The position numbers were made by a program, and so were the translations under genes. This document shows positions 36,101 to 48,362 of a stretch of DNA of 61,560 nucleotides, one piece after another. The notes under the pieces were generated by a model that saw only the letters and a program-made list of their open reading frames with translations, was not told the origin of the DNA and searched no databases. Each line of letters begins with the position of its first letter. Position 1 is the stretch's first letter. The stretch comes from Catajapyx aquilonaris. Its lineage: Eukaryota. The stretch lies in NCBI GenBank assembly GCA_000934665.2, contig KZ538563.1, positions 1 through 61,560 of the forward strand, given 5' to 3'.

Positions 36101-39100
36101 ACGTTGTGAAAAATAGGGGTGATTTGCCTAGTGCAAACATTATCGGAGAAGTTTCCGAAGCAACGGGAATAAGTCGGATTACTGTGCGAAAGGCCCTAGC
36201 TGTGGATATGAAAAGATACAGTACACCAACAAAAGCAAAGGTTTTTAAAACCAAGTATGCATTTGATGCAATTGATGACTTCACGCTACGCTGGACTATT
36301 TATACCATGTATAATCAAAAGAACGAGTGCCCTACCAGCAAGACAGTACTTGACGAAATGAAGAGAATCACCAAGGATACGGACAATCCCTTTCCCTACA
36401 CAAGTAAATCGACAGTGGCGAGGCTGATGAAGTCCATGGGATTCAAGTACAAGCGGAGTGAACGAAAAAGTGCCAGGGCTGAATCCCTGGAAATTGTGGC
36501 ATGGAGGTACAGGTACATCAGGGAAATAAGGAAGTTGAGGGCCGATGGCTACAAAGACATTTACTTGGACGAAACTTGGTATGACACACATACTTGTAAA
36601 ATGAAAAACTGGACTGATGATACAGAAAACTGCGCCATACAAATCCCTGGTGGAAAAGGAGACAGGATCGTGATTTTGCATTGCGGTGGTCGGAATGGTT
36701 TCGTAGAAGAAGCCATGTTTGTCACACACAAACAAATGGCAGACGCACCTGCGGATTACCATGGAACTATGAATTCTGGAATATTTGAAGAGTGGTTCGA
36801 AGAAAAGTTACTTAAGAGACTCGATCATCCATCCGCCATCGTAATGGACAATGCATCCTACCATTCGCGCGTGCTAAACCCGAAGCCCAGTATGGCATGG
36901 AGGAAGGACAGGTTAGTGGAATACATGGTGAAAAACAACATTCCTCAGCCGGAAATTAAAACCAAAGAAGAGATGATGTTGGCAATTAAGCGTCAACCAT
37001 GCTACTATCTCAAGAGCCATGCAGTGGATGAGTTGGCAGCTCAGTATGGCCACGTTGTGGTCAGGCTCGCCCCCTACCACTGCATATTAAACCCGATTGA
37101 GATGATATGGTCTCAAATCAAAAGAAGAGTTGCTGCTCACAATATTCGCCAGCAACCGCGGGACAGTGTCGTGCGTTTTTTGGAAGAGAGCATGAGTTTA
37201 GTGACATCTACACAGTGTCAAAACTATGTCTCACACGTTGAAGACATTGAAGATGACTACTTAAAATTACAACCTGCCGACGACGATGCCCCTCGCCTTC
37301 AATTTATCGTCACGGAAAGTGACGATTCCGATTCATCCGACAGGTCTAGTGACGATGAATGAAGGTAAGAATAATACAATATTCTCCGAAATTTTGGAAC
37401 TATCTCGGATTTCTCAAATACTCTGTAAAAAGTATATAACTTAGACGGTGCAATTGCGAAATGAAATTCTTTCATCTGCACATCAAGTTTTTCTTTACAT
37501 GCACGTGGCCTATTTGTGACATGCCTGATACGAATCAAGTATGAAAATATAGGTTTTCGACACCTTAGAATTCATATTTGCTGTCAAAAATGCAAAAAGA
37601 GTCACCCATAAAAAATTCATCAGCTTATTTTCGGAGCCTCACTTCCCCAGCTGGTACAAGCCCGAGGCGAGGACCCGGTCGTCCTAATCTGAGAGTGACC
37701 CTCCTCTTTCCCGTCCGGTCCTAAACCTTGCACTGTTGCAATTTACAACCCTTCCACTTTTTCAAAAGTTTATTATGATCTGATTCCTACTATAGCAGTT
37801 TGGCATTGTTTTTACAATATTCGTTACATTGAAATTTTGATGGTGTGTTTCTGGATGCTTGTAGTTATTACATATGATATCTACACGTCTTTCTGTATAG
37901 TCAACTCGTCACCAGCAGAAAATGATAGATGATCAAGATTATTGACAGCTTATTTATTTATTTTTTTAAATTTATTTTACCCCGTGCTGGGCCATATTGA
38001 CAGCTAATGCATAACATATGTAACAGATAGAAGAACTGAAAGCCAGGTTCCTAATCTTCCTATCCATGCCAAATATCCTTAATTGCATACAACTTGATAC
38101 TAGGTTTTACAGATGGGCCAAAATTTGCAGACTAATGCAGTAATTGTTATTTTTAAAGTCCTAATATTGTGCACATGTTGGAAAAAGATCAGTGTTGCCT
38201 ACTGTCAAGGTTATGTGTGCATCGATCAGTCATACTACTAATCGGCTATGTCTGTCTGTCTGGGGTGAGTCATCACCTCAACCTGTCCATGTAGTACCAT
38301 TATCCCATGCATAGGTGGTGCATCTTTCCTCTTACCGCACATGCCAGCACGTTTGCTGAGTCAGAACTGCACCAGCTCCCACTGTTGGGATTGTAACTAA
38401 CAAATGATTTTTAAGACGCCTTCCATTTAATTTCCTATATGGGCTAAAAATCGCAGATTACTAAGTATGGCAAAGCCGCAGGAGATCCACTACAGGCATT
38501 TGTTTTGCTAATTCCATGGATTCCATCCTTTATTATGGGCTCCTATGCCCCGTGGATCTTTACCATGCAGAAAGCATTTGTCACCAAAAAGGTTGTTTTC
38601 ATGGAAGTTGTTTCATTTTTTCACATTTTGTGATATTTATTTTCAGTTTTTCCAAATTTTGATGATTGTTTCACCAATAGTAATAGATACTACCAGCAGC
38701 TGGATGATCAGGGCCTTCAGGCAATACCCATTTTATGTTTATAAGCTTTGAGAATCTCATCAACATCATAAAAATGTTATACAATGAAATCTGACACTGG
38801 TTTTGATCTATTAACCCCTTCGCTACCAGCTAGGCCGAAAACGCCTAGATTTTCAATTACGCGTATTGTGAAGATCAGGACAAGACATTTTACAAAAAAA
38901 TAACATCTATACTTTACCTGTTCAGGGAAAACACCATAAATGTGTTGGGAACTATTTTACTCCTCGAGAAGTCCCTAAATTAATTTCCAAAAAGATGGGT
39001 GTTAAAACCTGAAATTCAAGTACTACCGGCCAACTGCTATGCCATCGCCTAGGTTTCCGCTTACACGTAGTCTGAAGATAACGGCAAGATATTTGATAAA

Positions 39101-42100
39101 TAGTAACAGTTATACTTACACGTTCATGCTCTTCACTATGAATGTCTATGTAACAATTTTCCTTGTCTAGAAGTCACAATTAATTTACAAAAAGATGCTG
39201 TAAAAACTCAACATTCAAGTACTACTGGCCAACTATTAGGCCGATTTAATTATGAAATACATTAAAACACACAGGGCATGTACCTTGAGAACAGTGCCAG
39301 ATGAATTTGCTGAAATTAAATTAATTCTGATCTGCGACTTTCTGGCATTTTGGACAACTACCAAATTTATTTATTTCTTGTGAAGTACGGCGATTTCAGC
39401 GTATTTGTCTGGCACGGTTCTCAAGGTAGATGGTCTGTATGTTTTAATGTATTTCATAATTAAATCATCCTAACAGTTGGCCGGTAGTACTTGGATTTTG
39501 AGTTTTTACAGTGATATTTTTGAAAATTAATTGAGTGACTTCTAGACAAGGGAAATAGTTCCAAATTAATTCATAGCGAAGAGCATGAACGTGTAAGTAT
39601 ATCTCTTATTATTTGTAAAATATATTTTCATTATCTTCAGAGTATGCGTAATCGAAAATCTAGACGCTTTCGGCCTAGCTCTGGTTTCCAACCGATGGGT
39701 CGCGGGAGCCTTGAGTCAACTTTTGTTGGTTTTTGCTATTTATGCGCAATAATGAATAATTAAAAATTTAAAATGAGTGAACACTGTGTACGAGTTTTAT
39801 GTCTGAGCCGTGGTTTGAGCCATAGTTCGCCGAGAGAAATGTAGCACCGTTCGGCCTCACGCTCTCCTCTATCCGCGGAAGCCCCGCTGCAGAGCCAATC
39901 TAGCTGCACTTACATTTGAAGGAAAGAAACTATCCAGGAGAAACCGATACAATTATTAAAAATTACTTTGTGTTAGCTGGCATATTTTGCGGCTATGGTT
40001 GAGGAGCTGAATGTGCTCAATGCTTCTCTGCAAGGGGTCAAATCAAGGGAAAAAATTACATCGCATAAAAAAATGATGCAAGCTTACTTAAATGATGTAA
40101 GCTTACTTATTTGTTCATCAAAACTGGAACTCAGGCTGGCAAGAAAAAAGTGGATCGATCTTCATTTGAAATGTTTCATTGTCTGCAAGAGTAATTTAGC
40201 AAGGACAGTGGTGCAGAATTCAAGAGCGAGTCACCTCCACACTTTTTGCAAACACTAAAGGAGGGTTTCGAGAAATATTTCGGACATAGCAGAGGTCGAG
40301 TAGGTTCGAAATCTCTTTAGCCAGTTTTCAAGGGAAAAACTGTCTACTTATGAAAGAGAGCAGTTCATTGATTTACTCTGCGATCGCACATTGAAAGATA
40401 AATTTCAAGATGGAGAATTGATGAAGTTCTGGATGGATGTGCAGGGATTAATAATGGGTGCAGGAGTAAAAATATGTTATCACGTGTCTTAGGGAACTTA
40501 ATTTCTTATCACGAAATGTTAATCTCGAAAAACGCGCGCAATGATTTGGCCTTTAAATGGTACCACACTCGACACGATTGCATTAAAATTGTGGACACAC
40601 GGCCTCAGAAATGTGTACGATTATCTCACGATTCCTTCCCCAATGTTAATCAAATTGACATTTTGGGAACGCCATTTTCCATTCATTTCAACTCGCCGTG
40701 AAGATCATTTCTTGGGCGAAAATGGAAAAAAGACAAACTAGGTCCTTAGAGCCAAACAAGAGGCCAAATCGTCAAGTTTTCTTTCGTGCAATTTCTGTGT
40801 CAATTGCACCATTATTGCGGCCGTACAGAGTGTATGTTTTCTGGAGGGGGAGGGGGGGGTTGCTCATTTATGGACATGCACATTTATGGACACATGTTTA
40901 GGGGGTCACAGTTGGTGTAGGGTTGGAAACCACTGGCCTAACTGGTAGCAAAGAGGTTAATGGGGGAAAGATGTTCTGGTGCCTTGCTTTGCCTTGCTTT
41001 TCAGGGATGATTGGAAATACTGGCATTTTTAGTGGTGAAACTGGTTGATTTTATTTCCCACTATGAGTTGTCAAGACATGAAGATTGCTGTGCCCCTTTT
41101 AATTTTTAAAATGTTTACTTGCAGCTTCCAGGTGTGAGTGATTGTGTAGCTCCGCTAGAGAAGTCCGGCTTAATGTGTCGACAAGAAACCCTTGGTTTTG
41201 ATCGCCATGGTAGAAAGTATTGGTTTCTATGCCGCAGAATATTTGTGTAAGTAAGAAAACCCTTCCTCTACTACATGTGTGTTCTTCTTCAGAGAATTTT
41301 CACCATCCTGAAAGTGTTCATTTTTAACTCTTACTTCAAATTTCACTTTAATATTACTACTGTGATTCCATACCAGCTGAGCCAAATTTGGATTGTTTGG
41401 GAGCTTGCCCCTGTGAGATTTTGATGGGGGGGTTATCTGAGTAAGTGTGTCAAGACAGCTATCAGATTTCCCTGCCTAAGATATTCTTCAGTCAAAAGTT
41501 GCATATAAGGTGTGTTGCAAGTACATGGTCATCAAGAAAGATTTCATGGATTTGATATAATATAATATATTACCCCGTTATCAGCCTTTTTCGGCTCTTT
41601 AGGGGGGATTTTTGTTTTGTCTGGAACTCTTGCTTACGTGTTTACTTTTTGCTTTTTGGGATAGGATAGGGAAGGAAGGAGGCGGCTGTGGCCTTTTTAA
41701 TTAGGAAGCAACCCCGGAATTCTCCTGGAGGGACCGTGGGAAACCACAGAAAACCACAGTTAGAGTTGCCGGCCCCGGGGCTCGAACCCAGGACCTCCCG
41801 ATTAGCAGTCGGACCCTATAGCAGTGTAGCCACTCCGCCAAACTGCTTTGGTTGAGATTGCATGGATTTTAAAACCCTATAACTCAAAAACTTGTAGACA
41901 TATCTAAATTATTTAAGTTTTGAAATGTTAAGAAATGTGTGAAGTTTCGGTCTTACCTTCATATGTTTCGGTCTTACCTTAGTATGTTTCGATACAGTCA
42001 TTGACCACTTTCGACTATTGTTAATTACATGCAAGATGGATAAACACAGTATGGTGGCCAAACTCCCTTGATACGGTAGAATGCTGAAGTTGGTCCAGCC

Positions 42101-45100
42101 ACTGGGCGCCACTGGTGCTGCTCCACATAGTATTGTATACGGGGTGAAGGGAAACTTGCGCCAAATCGCCAGGTAGACTGATAGTACTTGCAAAACTAAT
42201 ATAGGAATGTGCAATTAGTTTTGGGCTTTGTTGCGTAGTTAATGTGTACAGGGCCTTCAAAGTTTCGTGACGTCACATCCGTTCCGCCATCTTCTAAGAA
42301 GCAAAAGTCAGTTCGAGGACCTCCAGTCCCTTGCATTGGTACCCTAACACATCGTCCATGTGCAAAAGGCGATCAAATCCCGCCAGAGTAAGAATCTGGG
42401 TACGACACCCATGCACTTTGTCGTTTTTGCCTCATATTCCACCATTTGACTCTACACTTTAAGGCGCCATACACATTAACTACGCAACGGAGCCAATAAC
42501 TAATTTCACATCCCTATATTAGTTTTGTGAGTACTATCAGTCTACCTGGCAATTTGGCGTGAGTTTCCCTTCACCCTGTATACGGTGATTTGCACTTTTC
42601 AGTTGCCTTTCACTTGCAGACATTACTTTCTTTCAAATCCAGTATATCAATTTCATTGAGTGAGGTGGAGAGGTGCTGTGGTAAGGCTTGTACCCAGAGA
42701 TAGAAAAGTCCCCTAGTTTGATCCCAGGTGCTGGTTTCCCTTTCTCATCTTATAGGGAGTTTAAGCGATTCTCTGGAATTTCCACTAGCCTATATATTTT
42801 TGCTTGTCCAATGCAATTCAATGCCATGGGTACAGAAAAAGGGTTAATTACTAAAACCACAGTTTTAAAATACATATGTACATGGTTGCATGTTCCCTTG
42901 TTGGGTATTTAAATAGATAATAAAATAAAGAAATAATTATATTGGTCTTATAAAAGATAATTTTGTGATTGCAGCGAGGATTCCAGTGAAGAGGTGTGGT
43001 ACTATAGCACATCTCAGCAATTCGAAGACCTATTGGACCACCTAGATCCTGACTTTTATGAGGCTGATCTATATGCACAGTTCAAGGAGCAGAAGTCAGA
43101 GATTTTTCGACAAATGGAAATAACCGAGAAGCTCACCGAGTCCCATAAAGGAATCAGAAAGACCTACTTTGAAATGGATCATGGTGAGATTATTACTGCA
43201 ATGTTTAAGCTTGATTGGAATGGGGTTGGGGTATACCTTAACTACTGTAGAGAGTATGCATACATTAGAGTAAAAAAGAGGAAATATTTTTAACATTTTA
43301 TCTATGCTACGTAATCTGAAGACAAATTGCTATGCTATGAAGGCCCAATATGCAAGTTTTGATTGCAGTTCGCAAGTGATCAGTGTGGTTTCCGCAAGTG
43401 ATGTTTCATGCTGATCATTTGAATGTTAACTTAGATATGAGGAGTCAGTGCTCTAGTATCTTGCAATAGTCTTAGAGAAATTGCTTGCATTCCATGTCTA
43501 CCACCCCAATTTTCTAGATTAGCAAGAATCAACATGTGACTGGAGTTGCTATGGGTTTGTTTGCTAGCCGCTTTTCTGCCAGGCTCAGTCTTCAACAAAC
43601 TGCTTACTAGCAGTGTGGCTGGCCCAGCCCCCCGCAACTTGCTCTCTTTTCCCATGCTCTTAGCTGGTCCTCTCACCCTGGATGTAGAGTCCGAATACCC
43701 GGATGTAGAGCTCTGTACCAAATTGCATTCGGGGGGACGTCTCTGAACCGTTCTGAACCCACCTATATTGTCAACTCCCATCAGCCCCTGTTTGCAGAGC
43801 CACTGCACCAGCCACCCGAATGCATGTGTAGGGGTTTTGTGATTATCGGTTATTATGTATAGATAATGAAAAAAATTTGGGATTGGGAGTTATTAAGTAT
43901 TAATGGTAGATGTGTTGTTATGACATTATTGTTTGATTGGCCCAAATCGCATTTGAGTGGTTGATGGATGGATCTGCAAACGGGGCCTGATGGGAGTTGA
44001 CAATATAGGACAATAATGGTTCAGCGATGTCCCCCTGAATGCGATTTGGTACAGGGCTCTACATCCTGGTATTCGGACTCTACATCCAGGGATAGCGGAC
44101 CAGCTAAGCGCCGGCCTTCCCCGTATGGCTAAATAGGAAGTTGCAGGTTTTTACCGTAACTTCAGGGACAGGACTTGACCCTGTGGATATTTCTCTGTCC
44201 CCACAGTGATACACACGGTATTTGGCACTATTGCTGTGGGGATGCGTCCCCACAGTTACGTATAGCACCATTTTACAAAGGTCCATTTATCTCAGCCTAG
44301 GTTATTAGGGTAGGGTAGGTTAGGTAGGTTAGTTTAGTTTACTTTACACTTGTGTCGAAAGTCGAAAAAGGTGTTTCACAAGTCCTCATAGGTATTGGAC
44401 CACAGGACTGCGTGTGTGTGTGTCTAGCAGGTTACTTGACTATCATAAAAGAGGGTCGTGACCCGAAAAAGGTTGGCAACCACTGTCTTAACAAATCATA
44501 GCGAATGCAGGTTTTGATCTAGTCTGTAACCCGGAATACCCCCACATCCACACTGAAGAAAAAAAAATCCCCACCTGGCTACTCCACTTATCTTAATGGT
44601 AAACATAGNNNNNNNNNNNNNNNNNNGGGGGGGGGGGGTGCAGAGGGGTGCTGAAAAGTTGGAAAAACCCACCTAATCCCTGCAGTCTCTTCTTGGTTCC
44701 CCTTTAGCATTGCATGCTATTAACAGATGACTTTGTTACAGAAAAGCCCATTTGTGGTAGGGCGTTGATTCTTTTTCCCTTGTTCCGCAGTTATCATTGT
44801 ATGACCTGATCCACATTACCTACGGCATGGAGAATTTTATCATTTAATGCCTTAAGAATTGGGACAATGGTTTACAAGTGTTGCCCTTGATATTGGAAAG
44901 TAAAATAAAGAGGCAGAAGTCATTCAGGAACTAAAATACAAAATATGCCATGTAGTGATGAATGTGGATCAAGTCATACTATCGAAATCATAGGATATAC
45001 TATCTTTTGGTTGAGACTTATGCTACATTACCCATAGTGGAGCCACAAGGGCCACTTGTGGATGCCCATATGAATTTATCAACAGTGACATTAAAAGGTT

Positions 45101-48100
45101 GTAACTGAATCAACTCAATTTCTTGCCTTAGTTCGCCTTAAACAAGAAAAGGCACAGCGTGTAGCTGCTGAGGAAGAGAAGAGGCGAAAAGAGGAGGAAG
45201 AGAGGCAAAAAGAGGAAGAACAGAGGCGAAAAGAGGAAGAAGACCTTATTGAAGAAAAAGAGGAACTGATGGAACAAGAGGTCGTTACTGAGGAGCAGAT
45301 AGAAGTGGAGGAGGTGAGCCACCACTTGGACGGCAATGTAGTAGAAGTAACTACTGATGGTGCAAGCACTGAAGAAAAGATGGACGTTGATGCCCCAGTT
45401 GGTGTTCCTAATGGTGGTCACGATCAAATGGTTGAAGTTGTAAGGCATTAATAATAATTTTTATTGCTTGTACATGATGAATTATTTCTAACTCGTGCAA
45501 TAACTTTTAAGGATCCAATCGAATGCAGCATCCCAATAGACGCTGAGGATATTTCATTGCCGAACCACGAGAATGGACACAATGAGGAGATTGGTGCTTC
45601 TACTTGTTCAACAGGTATTGTAATAACATATGATAAGCTGCATGTATCTGGTCATTGCTGGCCACCCCTTAGTGGGATAAAGGCCATGATGTATTGTGCC
45701 TCTATGACATTAGCTCTGGGGACGGAAGTGGGTGTTGTAACTAACTGCGGGGACATTTTCTGCCCCCACAGCGAAAATGCCTGATGTGGTACTACTTCAG
45801 TGGGGACATGCCCCCACAATTGGGTTTTCTAAAATTCAATTTTTCTCAGCATAGGTTAGTTTAGGTTAGTTTAGGTTCGTTTAGTTTAGGTTCGTTTAGT
45901 TTAGTTTATGTTAGGTTAAACTGGGTTTCAGAAGTTGTGTTACCAATGTCTCCAGAGCTAATGTTGTACAAGACTGTGTGTGTGTGTTTATATACAGGGT
46001 GAAGGGAAACACGTGGACAATGGCCAGGTAGACTGATAGTACTCATAAAACTAATATATGAATGTGCAATTAGTTTTGACTGTTGCGTAGTTAATGCGTA
46101 CAGCACTTTTAAAGTGTAGAGGGCCGGATCGTAAAATATGAGGTAAAAACAACAAAGTATACGGGTGTCGGACCCGGATTCTTACTCTGACGGGATTTGA
46201 TCACCTATTGCACATGGACGATGTGTTAGGATCCAAGGCCGGATTATTTGGAGGCCCTCAAGCTGGCCTTTGTGTCCTTGAAGCTGGCGTAACGGATGTG
46301 ACTTCACGAAACTTTGACGGCCCCATATTCATTAACTAGGCAGTGACTCCCAAAACCAATTGCACATACGTATACAGGGTGTAACTGAACTCAGTGCACA
46401 GACGTATATGACTGCCTTCCTAGGCACCAGAGGATCGATTTAGGTAGAGTAGTCATTATGTCTGACCGAAGCAGTAGTGGTGGAGTGGATAGGGTGTCCG
46501 ACTGCTAATCGGGAGGTCCTGGGTTCGAATCCTGGAGGCCGGCGACCCTGACCATGGTTTTCTGTGGTTTCCCATGGTCCTTGCAGGATAATTCCAGGGT
46601 CGTTACCGTAATCATAGGCCACAGCCGCTTCCTTTCTTCCCTATCTCTGCTTCATTCCGATGAGAAAAAGTAGTAAAAATGGAATAGTTCCAGACAAAAA
46701 ATTGGGAGAAATCCCCCCCCCCCTAGAAAAGCCCGGTAGGCTGATAATGGGGTATCAAATTATTATTATTATTATTATTGTTATTGTTATTGTTATTATT
46801 ATTATTGTTATTATTATTATGTCTGGGCCGCCGCATTACCAAGATAATCGACCCACCTGATAGTTAGCGATTTGGCTAAAGAGTGATTTGTAAATGTCAG
46901 TGAAAGTGCCAGGGCTCTTCAAAATTAGCAGCGACATTCAGAACAAATTGAAATTACAAACCACAACACAACGTTTTTGCCTAATCGCTCCTTCTGACTG
47001 GGGGAGGGTTCGATGGGTGGCCTAACCAACAGGATATTTTGTACTACATGTTTGGGGGCAATTATCTCGGTAATGCGGCGGCCCAGACATAATGACTCCT
47101 CTACCTAAATCGATCCTCTGGTGCCTAGGAAGGCAGTCATATACGTCTGTGCACTGAGTTCAGTTACACCCTGTATAAGTCTGACGAGAACTATCTGTCT
47201 ACCTGGAAATTGTCTCGGAGTTTCTCTTGACCCTGTGTAGGGTGTTTCTAACTAGTCTAGCCAACAGCCGTCAGCGTATTCCTTGGGCCAAAACAAGTAG
47301 AAAATATATGGAGAAGAAATGTCGAGTGACCAACCGTTAACGACGTAGACGGCCAGAAACATTGGTTGGTGGTTGCCGAAGTTGCAGGATATGAGCGGTG
47401 ATAATTACTTCTGTTAAAGAGGTCCCCTTGCAAATCCCAAGAGTCGCGAGTTTCATGCTCATATCCTGCTCCTTCGGCAACCATTCTCCCAATCTCCCAA
47501 TTCTTTCACATTTCATGTCCCACATTACAACCTGCCCTGAGGCATTTCCTGCAAACTTTGACTGTAACCCACTTTGGCATGGCAGAAGGCCTTGCAATCC
47601 AGCTGTAGCTAGAATTATGAAACTATTATTGGCGAAAGAAAGGATTTCGATATTCAGTCAGTTCATGCACTACATGATTGAGAATCAGTGGTCTAAGAGA
47701 GTCATTCAAAAACATCACATCTGTTTTGTCCATTCTTTCCTCTACTAGGAAGTTATTTAGATGAATTTGTCACACATGCTGTGTTTCTGTGAAACTAAAT
47801 AATGCATGAAACCCAAAAAATCATCATACATGACATTTTGTGTCTTCCTGTGATTTACAGTTTGCACCTCATAATGATCTGCACTCACAGTTAGTACCAT
47901 GTAATTTCAAATTGGCACTGTGTTGTAAAATTGTCCAATATTAATGACATTGTTTTGTACAGTAATTTAAAGTGATAGTACTAGTTCACTGACTTATTGT
48001 GGCTTGATTGTCCAGAGTTCGATCACCAGGTTGGACGGAGGCTACTTATGTGGATAGAGTTTCGATGGGTTCTCTCCGCGTCCGCATGGGGTTTCTCGGG

Positions 48101-48213
48101 GTTCTCCCGTTTCCTCCCGCAATCAAAATCCATCACAGCGCAGGGAATGATTAAAGACGGTTTTTCAAAAGATGATCCCCTAAGAGGCCCGAGGAGGCCT
48201 ATCATGGGGTATC

Positions 48214-48259
<46 letters not shown>

Positions 48260-48311
48260 GTTATTGTTATTGTTATTATTATTGTTATTATTATTGTTAT
48301 TATTATTATTA

Positions 48312-48362
<51 letters not shown>

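Noticed and set aside
36286..36762. 158-aa antisense ORF in the transposon
   Set aside because: It is a shadow of the transposase frame with no motif support
35736..37538. Twin ORFs MIRIRHVTNRPRAC... on opposite strands (likewise 27647/28649 and 54010/61252)
   Set aside because: They are by-products of inverted or dispersed repeats and have no recognisable protein features
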